A stretch of DNA of 64,000 nucleotides from Vitreimonas sp. (GCA_035627515.1 DASPLQ010000012.1:714331-778330); one strand, 5' to 3'; counted from the first letter of the stretch, positions 49,822 through 60,338 are shown. Numbers and translations are program-made. Notes: generated by a model from the sequence alone, not told the origin.

Positions 49822-51000
49822 ATGAGAAATAAATCATATAATCGGTCTGGGTACCGGTCGAGGTTTTCGACCCCTAGACGAAACTTTAATAGTAGTAAAC
49901 GACAGTCGTTTGATCCGTCAATGTTTGTCAAAAAGGCAGTGGTGCAAACCGAAGAGGTTTATACCGCTACTCACACTTTTGCAGACTTTGGTTTACATCG
50001 TCAACTGCAACGCAACATCGAAGCTCGGGGTTATTTAACTCCTACACCCATTCAAGATCAAGCCATTCCTCATTTATTGGAAGGCAGAGATTTAATTGGC
50101 TTAGCTAACACTGGCACTGGTAAAACAGCCGCCTTTTTAGTTCCTTTGATCAACAAAGTGGCTGAAAATCGTGATGAACGTGTACTGATTGTGGCACCAA
50201 CTCGTGAGTTGGCAGTGCAAATTGAGCAAGAGTACAAACAATTCTCACACAATTTGGGATTGTATTCAGCTCTGTGTATTGGTGGCGTCAGCATGTACAA
50301 CCAAATCTATAAATTGGAAAGAAATCCAGAATTTGTGATTGGAACTCCCGGTCGCTTAAAAGATTTGGAACAGCAAGGTGTATTGAGATTTAGTGACTAC
50401 AATAATATTGTGCTTGATGAAGTCGATCAAATGTTTGATATGGGTTTCATTAAAGATGTCAAATACATGATCTCTAAATTGTCACAACCTCGACAATCAT
50501 TGTTTTTTTCAGCCACGTTAACCGATGCCTTACAACAAATAATGCAAGGCTTTTTGAATAATCCAATCAAAGTCTCGGTCAAATCTCGTGAAGCTGCTCA
50601 AAACATTGATCAGGATATCGTGCGATTAAATGGCAAACCTAAATTAGAAGTCTTATATGACTTATTAGCTCAAGATGATTTTGACAAGGTTTTGGTCTTT
50701 TCACGAACTAAACGTGGGACTGAGAAACTAGCTCAATCACTGTATGACCAAGGTTTCGCTGTTGATGCCATTCATGGAAATAAAAGTCAAAATCAACGTC
50801 AACGTGCTATCGATCATTTCAAGCGTAGTCGCGTGAAGATTTTAGTTGCCACTGACGTCGCATCACGAGGCTTAGATATTGATAACGTCTCACATGTCAT
50901 TAATTTTGACCTCCCTGAAACTTATCAGGACTATATCCATCGTATCGGTCGTACCGGTCGAGCCAATAAAAAAGGCATTGCCTTAACTTTTATTGATTAA
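49822..51000 (+). CDS. DEAD-box RNA helicase
   Basis: PTPIQ, ANTGTGKT, PTRELA, TPGR, DEVD, SAT, HRIGRTGR. Confidence 0.95.
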   Translation: MRNKSYNRSGYRSRFSTPRRNFNSSKRQSFDPSMFVKKAVVQTEEVYTATHTFADFGLHRQLQRNIEARGYLTPTPIQDQAIPHLLEGRDLIGLANTGTGKTAAFLVPLINKVAENRDERVLIVAPTRELAVQIEQEYKQFSHNLGLYSALCIGGVSMYNQIYKLERNPEFVIGTPGRLKDLEQQGVLRFSDYNNIVLDEVDQMFDMGFIKDVKYMISKLSQPRQSLFFSATLTDALQQIMQGFLNNPIKVSVKSREAAQNIDQDIVRLNGKPKLEVLYDLLAQDDFDKVLVFSRTKRGTEKLAQSLYDQGFAVDAIHGNKSQNQRQRAIDHFKRSRVKILVATDVASRGLDIDNVSHVINFDLPETYQDYIHRIGRTGRANKKGIALTFID

Positions 51001-51104
51001 AGTCGCAACTTACTTTCACGCAGTTAGTAGACTCCTTACCTAATTCTTGCGTTTTATTTTCAAGACTATGAAGTAGGCCAGGTAGGGTACACCTACTAAC
51101 TGTG

Positions 51105-52439
51105 ATGACAAAAAAAAGTATTTTAGCAGCCGTCTTTCTTGTTTTGTGTGTGATTATTTTCAGTGGTTGGTGGTGGACGAGACCTAGTGGTAAAGTTCCA
51201 GCTCCTACTGAACCAATGGAGCTGAAAGGTGTGCCCTCTGTCAGCCCAGTCCCTTCCCCTTCGTTGTCCACCTCAGATTTTGAAAATGGAGTTGTACTGA
51301 GTACCTACAAAAAAGTAGCTATCTTAGATACTGCTGCGATCACAAAAGCTCAATACTCATTTTTAAAAAAGAACGTCCCCGTTCCTATTACTACCATTGC
51401 TGTCTATGAACTGCATTTAGAGGTACCTACGGCGACCTTGAGTGGCGTCACTTCACCGATCAAAGCTCAAGTTTTTATTCCAGTCACTCATGATAAAGTG
51501 CCCGTGATTGTGTACGGCTCAGGTACCAGTGGCCTAGCCCCTGCCTGTGCACCCTCACTTGAAAACGTGGAGAAAAGTAATATTGGTAACTATGCTAATC
51601 AAATGATTTCATTGGCTAGCTTAGGGTACTTAGTTATCTTTCCTGATTATGAAGGTTTCTTTAATCCGTCTACTACTCATCCTTATTTTGTGGCTGATTT
51701 AGAAGCCAAAGTTTTGTTGGGGAGTTTACGAGGGACACAGGTCTTTGCCGATAGTGAGGTGACAGACATTCCTACAGATTTTAAAAATGTTTTTTTGATG
51801 GGGTATTCACAAGGTGGACATGCCGCCTTGGCGGCAGCAGTTAATCGACAATGGCTGGACGACCCTAGCATAATTAAAGGTGTAATAGGCTATGCACCCG
51901 CTTTTGATGTGGTTGCTTTATTAGCAGACAGCCCTCGGTTAGCCCCCTATTTGGTGTATGCCTATCGAAAACACTATGGCATCGCAAATCAAGAACTGGA
52001 ATCAATTTTATTACCACGCCATATTTCTAACTTAGAAAATGATGTATTGAGCCATTGTATTGATACGGTATACAAGTTTTATCCTAGCCACGCCCACGAA
52101 ATATACACCACGCATTTTTGGGAGCAGTTAGTCGCCCAACAGCTAGAAAGTATCACACCAAGTTTTGCTCAGGCCTTAGCTAAAAATCAAGTCAATACCT
52201 GGTCAACTGAGGTGCCAGTGCTGATCGTTCAAGGGAGCAAAGATCCAATTGTGACTGAAAATACTCAACGTAGTAACTTACGAAAGTTCTGCCGCAAGGG
52301 CATGAGAGTTACCTATCACGCTCAGCCGCATGCCAATCACTTTCAGTCTCCCTCTCAGGGCACATTACGTTCACACTCGTGGATGCAAAAAATCTTAGCC
52401 GGGGATATTCCTGATGATTGTTTGTCCTTACCTGAATAA
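51105..52439 (+). CDS. Secretory lipase (LIP family), membrane-anchored
   Basis: GTSG....CAPS, PDYEG, GYSQGGHA, QGSKD, H near the C-terminus. Confidence 0.8.
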   Translation: MTKKSILAAVFLVLCVIIFSGWWWTRPSGKVPAPTEPMELKGVPSVSPVPSPSLSTSDFENGVVLSTYKKVAILDTAAITKAQYSFLKKNVPVPITTIAVYELHLEVPTATLSGVTSPIKAQVFIPVTHDKVPVIVYGSGTSGLAPACAPSLENVEKSNIGNYANQMISLASLGYLVIFPDYEGFFNPSTTHPYFVADLEAKVLLGSLRGTQVFADSEVTDIPTDFKNVFLMGYSQGGHAALAAAVNRQWLDDPSIIKGVIGYAPAFDVVALLADSPRLAPYLVYAYRKHYGIANQELESILLPRHISNLENDVLSHCIDTVYKFYPSHAHEIYTTHFWEQLVAQQLESITPSFAQALAKNQVNTWSTEVPVLIVQGSKDPIVTENTQRSNLRKFCRKGMRVTYHAQPHANHFQSPSQGTLRSHSWMQKILAGDIPDDCLSLPE

Positions 52440-52484
52440 AGTCACTTTCTTATCAATTCTTAATTCGGTTACGTTTTAATAGCT

Positions 52485-53753
52485 ATGATGCGAAAAAAGC
52501 TTTTGTTTATGGTGGTGTGTGGTTTAAGTTGTGGCCTGTTACTAGCTAGCTATTTTTATCACTCGCGCAGCGGTGGCACGGTATTGAGTTCTACCAATGA
52601 ACTGCCTTCGCCAGTCAGTGCATTTAAAGTTGAAAACGTGACTTTAAACGAAGTTGCGACGCACAACCAACAGCGAATTCAATCTGCTTATCAATTATTT
52701 CTCAGCCAAAGCGCTCCTGTATCAGCTGGGGTGACTGAATTTGAATTAAAGTACGTGGTTAAGCGGCCTAATAAACCTGACGTTCCGGCCAGTGCTCAAA
52801 TTTTTGTGCCACTGGAGTTGGCAGAAGGCCCAAATCTTCTCATGATCTATGGGCCAGGTACAACCGGCTTAGATGACAGATGTGCCCCATCCACGGAAAA
52901 TCCCTTCAATCCCACCTTAGGTAATTATGAAAATCAAATGCTAACATATGCTGCTCAAGGCATCACAGTAATTATGCCTGATTATCTAGGTTTTGATACG
53001 CAACACCAATTGCAGTACTACTTCATTGCAGAGGAAGAAGCTTATAGTATGCTGAGTGCAGTACTGGCGTTTTTTGAAACACGACCTGAAGCTAGGCAGA
53101 ATGTAAGCATCTTTTTAGCGGGCTATTCTCAGGGCGGTCATTCAGCTTTTGCGGCTGCAGATTACGCTCAACAGCTCACCCCCGAACTTAAAATCGCCGG
53201 CGTGGTTGGTCACGGCCCGACAACCAATGTTGAAAACTTATTGCACTCGAACCCTAATTTAGCACCCTATGTGATAAGTGCCTATGACGATTTCTATCCG
53301 CAATTGGAGCCTGAAAAAATTATTAATGCACAACGTTTGGCCAGCTTAAATTCAGCTGAAAAAATATGTGCTGATGAAGGTTTCGGTTATGACTCAGTGG
53401 CCTTGTCCCAGATGTACACCAGTGACTTTTTTCAAGCTTTAGAAGCTCATCAGGTAGCTGAGCGCTTTCCACAGGAATATTCATTATTTAGTAGTAATAA
53501 TGCTGGCAGAAGCTTTTCAAAATACCCGGTATTTCTAGCCCAGGGCACTAACGATCCAATTGTAACAAAAGATGACCAGGATGGCTTTGTGAGTGATTTG
53601 TGTCGCAGGGCTGTCCCAGTAACCTATTATCTCTATGAAGGTTTGCATCACTTTTTTATTAGACAGCGCTCATTTGTGGATACCCATACCTGGATGAAGC
53701 AAGTTGCACAAGGCGCTCATTCATCGGAGTGCACAACTCAGGTGCATACCTAG
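52485..53753 (+). CDS. Secretory lipase (LIP family), paralog
   Basis: GTTG....CAPS, PDYLG, GYSQGGHS, QGTND, GLHH. Confidence 0.8.
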   Translation: MMRKKLLFMVVCGLSCGLLLASYFYHSRSGGTVLSSTNELPSPVSAFKVENVTLNEVATHNQQRIQSAYQLFLSQSAPVSAGVTEFELKYVVKRPNKPDVPASAQIFVPLELAEGPNLLMIYGPGTTGLDDRCAPSTENPFNPTLGNYENQMLTYAAQGITVIMPDYLGFDTQHQLQYYFIAEEEAYSMLSAVLAFFETRPEARQNVSIFLAGYSQGGHSAFAAADYAQQLTPELKIAGVVGHGPTTNVENLLHSNPNLAPYVISAYDDFYPQLEPEKIINAQRLASLNSAEKICADEGFGYDSVALSQMYTSDFFQALEAHQVAERFPQEYSLFSSNNAGRSFSKYPVFLAQGTNDPIVTKDDQDGFVSDLCRRAVPVTYYLYEGLHHFFIRQRSFVDTHTWMKQVAQGAHSSECTTQVHT

Positions 53754-53756
53754 TCA

Positions 53757-54836
53757 TTAAGATTTGCCTTTGACGTGTGTATCAAAGAACTCAATGGAGC
53801 GTTGCATCGCGCGTGAAAAATTTTGAGATAAGTTGTGATCATCACCAGGATAAATGAATACTTCCACGGGTTTGCCAACTGCCTCTAATTGAGTGCCTAG
53901 TTTTTCTGAGAACTCAACGGGAACGGAATCATCGTCGGTGCCATGGTGTAACTGTACGGGTCCAGAAATTTGATTTAAAAAAGTGGTAGAGGAAATTGAG
54001 TTCCAGAACTGGGGATTTTGCTCTGGAGAACCATACTCACCGACTAAAGCATCTCGCCAACGTCGAGAGGTACCAGAAGGTGGGGGTAGTGCAGGTGCCC
54101 GCCGCCGCCAGTTACTTAGTAAGTCAGGATATGACGCTACCACCCCAGCCCAAATCACTCCAGCTTTAATATCTTGGGTAACCACCATCGATCGCAAAGT
54201 AATATGCCCACCCATGGAATGGCCCCACATACCCAGGCGATTACCATCAACATCAGGGTGTTTTTTGAGAGAAGCCACAGCATTTAAGATATCAATAGTA
54301 TAGTCATTGGAACCGTAGCCACCTTCGGCGGTGCCTTCTGAACTGCCATGGCCGCGGTAATCAGGTCGTAACAAAATGTAGCCATTTCGTGAGAAGCCAT
54401 CAGTGTAGGCCACATAGCGCTCAGTAGTACGGTATTGATCAGGAGGAATATAGCCATGATTAAAAACTATCGTAGGCCAACCTGAAGCAGGTTTTTCACC
54501 ATTGGGAATAGTAAGCAGAGCGTAAATTTTCAAACCTTCTGATAGGTATGACACCCGATAGCGTTGGTAGTTACTACCAGGAGAAAGTTTTTCTTCAATC
54601 ACGAACTCACTACCGGGATAGCTGCCTTTTTGAAGAGCTTCAATACTGAGTGGGTGAAGTGTTGTCTCAGCGGGGAGCGGAGTCTCTATACTTTCATTCA
54701 AATTTTCGTTACTATCAGTTAAGAGCGAAGTGTTGGAAACACCACTAGGAGTTTTTTGGCTTTGCCAAGCGAAGGTCATCCCAGCGATAAGGATGATGCC
54801 AATTAACACCAGAAAAAAGGTGGTTCTTTTCGACAT
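53757..54836 (-). CDS. Exported S9-like alpha/beta hydrolase
   Basis: NHGYIPP, DYRGHG, WGHSMGG, HHGTDD, DHN. Confidence 0.85.
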   Translation of the reverse strand: MSKRTTFFLVLIGIILIAGMTFAWQSQKTPSGVSNTSLLTDSNENLNESIETPLPAETTLHPLSIEALQKGSYPGSEFVIEEKLSPGSNYQRYRVSYLSEGLKIYALLTIPNGEKPASGWPTIVFNHGYIPPDQYRTTERYVAYTDGFSRNGYILLRPDYRGHGSSEGTAEGGYGSNDYTIDILNAVASLKKHPDVDGNRLGMWGHSMGGHITLRSMVVTQDIKAGVIWAGVVASYPDLLSNWRRRAPALPPPSGTSRRWRDALVGEYGSPEQNPQFWNSISSTTFLNQISGPVQLHHGTDDDSVPVEFSEKLGTQLEAVGKPVEVFIYPGDDHNLSQNFSRAMQRSIEFFDTHVKGKS

Positions 54837-54887
54837 GGATTATGCTTTACATTGTAAACTATAGTAGGTTATTTCACAAAGGTAAAT

Positions 54888-55193
54888 ATGACATTTCGCG
54901 ATAAAATTTATGAGCTTTGCCGACAAATACCTCAGGGGCGGGTAGCTACTTATGGTCAGTTAGCAATTATGGCGGGAAGTCCTCGCGCCGCGCGAGCGGT
55001 CGGAATGTGTATGCAGAGTAATCCAGATGCTCCACAAACACCCTGCCATCGAGTGGTAGCAAGTGATGGTTCATTACATGGATACTCGGCTGGTGATGGT
55101 ATTCCTACCAAAAAAGCGATGTTGATAACTGAAGGTGTGATATTTAAAGGTGATAAAGTTGATTTAAGCCGCTCTCAATGGAGCCCATCTTGA
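54888..55193 (+). CDS. O6-alkylguanine DNA-binding/methyltransferase (short MGMT)
   Basis: IPQGRVATYGQLA, ARAVG, PCHRVV with the active Cys retained. Confidence 0.9.
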   Translation: MTFRDKIYELCRQIPQGRVATYGQLAIMAGSPRAARAVGMCMQSNPDAPQTPCHRVVASDGSLHGYSAGDGIPTKKAMLITEGVIFKGDKVDLSRSQWSPS

Positions 55194-55771
55194 AAGATCT
55201 TTCCCTAAAAAGTGCTAGCTTAATATCATTAGTTTTAATAGGCAGTACTGCTATAGTCTTGTGGCTGATGAATCGTGTCGTTTACTGCACTTGTGGTTAT
55301 ATTAAGTTATGGCAAAGTAATTCTTGGAGCTCAGAAAACTCACAACACCTTTTGGATTGGTATACCCTTTCGCATGTGATTCACGGCTTTATTTTTTATT
55401 GGTTGTTGCAAAGATTTGTTCCCAAATGGTCGATCGGCACCAAGATGTTGATGGCTTTGATGATCGAAATTGTCTGGGAGATTTGGGAGAACACTGAGTT
55501 TGTGATTTCTCGTTATCGTGAAGTAACAGCCTCACTCCATTATGATGGTGATAGCATTGTTAACTCTGTGTCAGACATTTTAGCGTGTTTGGTGGGTTTC
55601 TGGTTGGCACGTACATTACCGTGGTGGCAAGCTATGCTAGTAGTCATAATCATGGAAATTGGTGCTGCCTTAATCATCCGTGATAACTTAACACTCAACG
55701 TTTTGATGCTGATTTATCCCTGGCAGCTCATCAAAAATTGGCAGTTAGAATTAGCTCCGCCTCTCCCATAA
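55178..55771 (+). CDS. DUF2585 membrane protein
   Basis: CTCGY, NSQH..DWYT.SH..HG, WE..EN, Y.GDSIVNS, IRDNLTLN. Confidence 0.9.
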   Translation: MEPILKDLSLKSASLISLVLIGSTAIVLWLMNRVVYCTCGYIKLWQSNSWSSENSQHLLDWYTLSHVIHGFIFYWLLQRFVPKWSIGTKMLMALMIEIVWEIWENTEFVISRYREVTASLHYDGDSIVNSVSDILACLVGFWLARTLPWWQAMLVVIIMEIGAALIIRDNLTLNVLMLIYPWQLIKNWQLELAPPLP

Positions 55772-55807
55772 AGCCCAGCAAATGATCTATTTTGATATAA
55801 TTTAGAA

Positions 55808-57472
55808 ATGGCATTTGAAAATCGTGGCCGGTTTTTGCAAGAGTTTGGTCCCCAGGTAGTAATGTATACCTCTGGCGGTGAGCCAGTGGAGTTACAGTAC
55901 CATCGTGATTTAGCCACCCGAGATTTTACGGTTATTAGCTTGTGGTCATTGCTCTCGGCGTATGGGCAATCGGTGGTAGCGATGAAGGAAATCGACACAA
56001 CAGAGCTTGAAGAGCCTGAACATTTTGATCTTCTGTATGAAGAGCTCATACGGGAAATAGAGAATTACTTCGAGTTAATTACCGAGATGCCTGAATATGA
56101 AGGAGTGGCTTATCCTCGAATGTATCAGTTGGCACATGGAGGTGGTTTACCTTATTTATTAATGGAAGTGTTTGCCACTACCTTTGATAAAAAATATAAG
56201 CTCAATTACATTCCTCGGATTATTCCCGCGACTGGTGCTTTGCTTCAAAAGCGTTTAACCACCTTTATTAGATTGTGCTGGGCAATTGATATTTTTCACC
56301 GTCACGGGTACGTGCTTGATGACATAAAACCCTCCAACGCAGCTATTCAAAATAGTCCAGAAAAAAATGTGTATCCTTTTGATTTTGCGACCTTGAGGAA
56401 ACAAAGCGACAAAGAAGTCATTGGCTACACTCCCGACTATAAACCTGAACTTAAAGATTTTACTTTACAAGATTTTCAGCCAGTGGCTGCCGATGCGTAC
56501 TCATTAGTGGCAATTCTGTATGAAATGATCACTGGACATAACCATACTCCCCTGACATCATTTTTTGGTTTTAACCCGGGTTTTAAAAAAGAAGAGTTGG
56601 TTGATGATTTATATAAAAGCAAAGCATTGCGGGAGCTCATTATTAACACTCAAAAGCTGGACATAGATCAAGCAGAACAATACTTAACCCAGGTCATTGG
56701 CGAGTTCTTCTTTGAGATCTTAGATGAACACTGTTTTGCTTCACTGCATCAGTCGTTGACTGTAGAAAAGTTGGTTGTTTTACTTGGAGAGTTACTTAAC
56801 TTTAGAGTAGACTTTACCCAAGAACCATGGTCACCGACGTGGGAGAAATCTGCTGACCAGACTGCGCTTCTATCACGTTTGTTAACAGTGCTGCTACTGT
56901 TATCTTCATTGACTGTCTTACGCTTTAGTGAAAATCAAGGTGAGCATCGTTATCAACCTACTGTTAGGGAGCTTGAAATAGAAAGTAATGCTATCCCTGA
57001 GCTTTTTCAAGGTTTATCTGAAGTTGAAGGTGAGATAGTGAGGCTGATGGGAAGGGAAGAAGTTACCATTTCTCATAAGCAAGGGGTGACAGGCACCTTA
57101 ATTGAAGTAATGCCGACATTTGATGACAGCGCCATTGAAGACAGTTTCCTAAAAGTAATGTTGACGGAGAGAGAAGTGGGAGTGATTGCTTTGACAATGT
57201 ATTCCAATCACCCTCAGGAAGGATATTTAGTTCAAACCAATAATTTTTTTACTCAATTACAATCAGGGCAAAGTACCGATATTACCTTGGAGTTACATTT
57301 GTACCCGGTGGGCGCTATTCCTGATCCGGAACTAGACACCGTTTATCGTATCAAGTTAATAGCTGGTATCAACTATGATGGCACACGATGGTGGGAATAT
57401 GTCGATTTCGATCGGAGTAGTAATGATGCGGTTGGTTTTGGTTTCTCATTACCGGCAAATCGAAACCGTTAA
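55808..57472 (+). CDS. Divergent Hanks-type protein kinase-like protein with a TM segment and C-terminal domain
   Basis: VAMK, LLME, H..GYVLDDIKPSN, DFA, GYTPDY, D.YSL..ILYEMITG. Confidence 0.65.
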   Translation: MAFENRGRFLQEFGPQVVMYTSGGEPVELQYHRDLATRDFTVISLWSLLSAYGQSVVAMKEIDTTELEEPEHFDLLYEELIREIENYFELITEMPEYEGVAYPRMYQLAHGGGLPYLLMEVFATTFDKKYKLNYIPRIIPATGALLQKRLTTFIRLCWAIDIFHRHGYVLDDIKPSNAAIQNSPEKNVYPFDFATLRKQSDKEVIGYTPDYKPELKDFTLQDFQPVAADAYSLVAILYEMITGHNHTPLTSFFGFNPGFKKEELVDDLYKSKALRELIINTQKLDIDQAEQYLTQVIGEFFFEILDEHCFASLHQSLTVEKLVVLLGELLNFRVDFTQEPWSPTWEKSADQTALLSRLLTVLLLLSSLTVLRFSENQGEHRYQPTVRELEIESNAIPELFQGLSEVEGEIVRLMGREEVTISHKQGVTGTLIEVMPTFDDSAIEDSFLKVMLTEREVGVIALTMYSNHPQEGYLVQTNNFFTQLQSGQSTDITLELHLYPVGAIPDPELDTVYRIKLIAGINYDGTRWWEYVDFDRSSNDAVGFGFSLPANRNR

Positions 57473-57508
57473 ATTGAATCCTGATCAGTTTTGTGACATT
57501 ATACGGGT

Positions 57509-58096
57509 ATGAAAGAAATTTTAGGCTTATTAGCTACTGCTATTGCATTAGCAGGATACATTCCCTACTTTAGAGACATTTGGGCTGGGCGGACGAAGCC
57601 GCATGCTTTTTCGTGGCTGGTATGGGGCATCTTGACTGCAATTGGATTTTTTAGCCAGATTTCAGATGGTGCTGGTCCGGGTGCCTGGGTGACTGGTTTT
57701 ACGGCGTTGGTGTGTGTCTTCATTTTCTCAGCAGCTTTAAAAAACGGCCGCAAAGATATTACAGCATTAGATTGGATGAGCTTGGTTGGGGCGATTTTTG
57801 CCCTGATCTGTTGGTGGGTGACCAAAACTGCATTTTTATCAGTGCTATTGATTAGTCTAATTGATTTATTAGGTTTGGTTCCCACAGTTCGCAAGTCATA
57901 TTACAAACCTTATGAAGAAACGTTGATCACCTACGTACTGAGTGGTTTTAAATTTGTGTTGGCCATAGCGGCACTGGAAAAAATGTCGTTTATCACCGCT
58001 TTCTACCCCGCCAGTTTAATTTTTAGTAACTTCTTTTTTGTGACCCTGCTCGTTATTCGACGTCGTGCCCTTGTTGCCCTAGCTGATGCCAAATAG
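57509..58096 (+). CDS. Polytopic membrane protein (PQ-loop-like repeats)
   Basis: YIPY...IW.G.TKP..FSW; PT.RKSY.KP.EE. Confidence 0.65.
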   Translation: MKEILGLLATAIALAGYIPYFRDIWAGRTKPHAFSWLVWGILTAIGFFSQISDGAGPGAWVTGFTALVCVFIFSAALKNGRKDITALDWMSLVGAIFALICWWVTKTAFLSVLLISLIDLLGLVPTVRKSYYKPYEETLITYVLSGFKFVLAIAALEKMSFITAFYPASLIFSNFFFVTLLVIRRRALVALADAK

Positions 58097-59192
58097 AGTC
58101 ATTATTTTCGATGCTGATGGCGTAGTGATAATACCTGAGCGTAAGTTCAGCCAAACCTTGTGTGAGGAACTTTCACTGACCCCCGCTGATACGGCTGCCT
58201 TTTTTAGTGGTCCATTTCTAGAGTGTTTAGTAGGGAAAGCTGATTTAAAGCAAGAGTTAGAGCCATACTTAAAGAAGTGGGGTTGGAGCAAGAGTAGTGA
58301 AGAGTTTTTATCGTGGTGGTTTGACTCTGAAGCGATAGTGAATCAGGTGATCATAAATGAAGTGGAACGGTTGCGGAGCCGAGGTTTTACAGTGTGTTTA
58401 GCCACCAACCAAGAACAGTATCGAACTAATTATTTAAAAAATGAGATGGGTTTAGGCACTCATTTTGATCACATTTTTAGTTCAGCGGAACTGGGTGTAA
58501 GAAAACCACAACGGGCTTTTTTTGAGCGAATTGCAGAACATTTTTCAATTTCTGATCCGTCACAGTTACTGTTGATTGATGACACAGCAGAAAATGTGAA
58601 AGCTGCTCATCAAGCGGGTTGGAAAGCTCACTTTTACCAGAACAATGAGAGTACTCTGCGTGCCCTAAATGATGTATTGGATAGACCAGTGACACTCAGT
58701 ATCTATGCACACCAACCATCCACGCCGCTCTCTATCCGAACACTGTGTTTTTTGCTTAGAGAGAATCAGGTGTTACTAGGATTGAAGAAAAAAGGTTTTG
58801 GGCAGGGTAAGTATGTAGGCATTGGCGGTAAGGTGGAAAGTGGAGAAGGTATTGAGCAGGCTGTAATTAGAGAGGTGGAAGAAGAAATTGAAGTTACGCC
58901 TACGAAGCTAATCCCCGCTGGTGTAGTTAATTTTTATTTTCCCTATCAAGATTCTCCTATCCGTTGGAATCAGCAAGGTAATATTTATTTAACTACGTCA
59001 TGGACTGGTCAAATTCAGGAGACCGCCGAGATTGCTCCTCAATGGTGGGAAATAACTGCTCTTCCCTATGATCAGATGTGGCCCGATGCAGTTTACTGGC
59101 TAGAGTTGGCTTTGCGGAGGCAGTTACAAACAGGCGTCTTTTTATACACTCAAACCCTACAGCTGGAAGAGGTAGTGCTACTTACTAGGTGA
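58086..59192 (+). CDS. HAD phosphatase-Nudix (MTH1/MutT-like) fusion
   Basis: FDADGV, TN, KP, IDD; then LLGLKKKGFGQG, GGKVE.GE......REVEEE, MWPD. Confidence 0.85.
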   Translation: MPNRVIIFDADGVVIIPERKFSQTLCEELSLTPADTAAFFSGPFLECLVGKADLKQELEPYLKKWGWSKSSEEFLSWWFDSEAIVNQVIINEVERLRSRGFTVCLATNQEQYRTNYLKNEMGLGTHFDHIFSSAELGVRKPQRAFFERIAEHFSISDPSQLLLIDDTAENVKAAHQAGWKAHFYQNNESTLRALNDVLDRPVTLSIYAHQPSTPLSIRTLCFLLRENQVLLGLKKKGFGQGKYVGIGGKVESGEGIEQAVIREVEEEIEVTPTKLIPAGVVNFYFPYQDSPIRWNQQGNIYLTTSWTGQIQETAEIAPQWWEITALPYDQMWPDAVYWLELALRRQLQTGVFLYTQTLQLEEVVLLTR

Positions 59193-59751
59193 GGGTAGCC
59201 CGGGAGCGGCGCCAGCGCAACTGCAGTTTTCTTATTTCAACCAAGAGATACGCGATGATAACGTACTCTACAAAGCGGATACCAATTACTTGAAATAAGG
59301 AGGGTCGATCGATAACCTTACCGCTGGCATCTACACAGCGGAAATCTTGAGTAATATCGGTTCGGCCAGGCAAGGGATGAGTGACATCTACCTCGCGGCT
59401 AATCACTGTCGCTGGTGGACAGAGCCATCTGAGTGGATAGTTGAGCACAAAATTACCAGGCTGATCAATGGCCATACCCATCAAAGCATAGAAACAAATC
59501 AAAGCACCTTTGGTAAAACTATCAATTGCTCCGGAATGAGGCTGGGAAGTTTTATCGGGTAATGAAACTGACCCGACCACTGCCAACCAACCCACGCCAA
59601 TAATAATGAGTGAAGCCAACCCCTCTACATTTGCTAACAAGAAAAAACTAAAGATAATGCTGCCAATAAAACCACACAGCCCTGCCACTAAAAGAATAAT
59701 CCACACTATAGAAGGTGCACCAGACAACCATTTTCCCAGTTTGTTCATCAT
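59185..59751 (-). CDS. Membrane hypothetical protein
   Basis: About four TM segments; loop with two Cys. Confidence 0.6.
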   Translation of the reverse strand: MMNKLGKWLSGAPSIVWIILLVAGLCGFIGSIIFSFFLLANVEGLASLIIIGVGWLAVVGSVSLPDKTSQPHSGAIDSFTKGALICFYALMGMAIDQPGNFVLNYPLRWLCPPATVISREVDVTHPLPGRTDITQDFRCVDASGKVIDRPSLFQVIGIRFVEYVIIAYLLVEIRKLQLRWRRSRATLT

Positions 59752-59873
59752 ATTTAATTGATCTTATCATACTCAAGCGAGGAGTAACTTACTGAACTAT
59801 CATTCTCTTCTTAAATATCCTTGATATATGATCTGTAGAATCAAAACATTTACTGTTCTGAAATGATATTTGT

Positions 59874-60338
59874 ATGCAAGTTCCTAAAATTTCTACCCAA
59901 ACCCCAGCCATTACACCCCTTACTCCCGAGCAGGAAATAATCAGCAAAGTGGAGCCAAAATCAGAGGTGTTATTTGAAGCTCAAACGTTATTTCCCTTTG
60001 ATTTATTCCCGGCGTGTGTGACAGTGACGCCTACCAGCGTGACTGTGATAAATAAATATTTTTTTGGTCAGGAGCGGATTCAAACCATCGCAATCAAGGA
60101 TATCTTCACCATAGAGGTACAGACAGCTTTCTTTTTTGCCCGAGTACTTTTTTGGTATCGGCAAATGAATAACATGTTTGTCGGTGTTGATTACTTATCA
60201 AAAGCCAATGGCTTGCAGCTTCAAAAAATAGTTCAAGGGTTGATTATTGCCCAAAATGAAAATATCGATCCGAGTTTGTTGACACCTCGGCAAACTATTG
60301 AGCAAGTCCAAAAGTTGGTGCATGTCCAGGGTGTCTAG
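59874..60338 (+). CDS. Hypothetical protein (possibly bacterial PH-like)
   Basis: FPFDLFP, K.FF, I.IKDI, IVQGL; family call is recalled, not searched. Confidence 0.55.
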   Translation: MQVPKISTQTPAITPLTPEQEIISKVEPKSEVLFEAQTLFPFDLFPACVTVTPTSVTVINKYFFGQERIQTIAIKDIFTIEVQTAFFFARVLFWYRQMNNMFVGVDYLSKANGLQLQKIVQGLIIAQNENIDPSLLTPRQTIEQVQKLVHVQGV

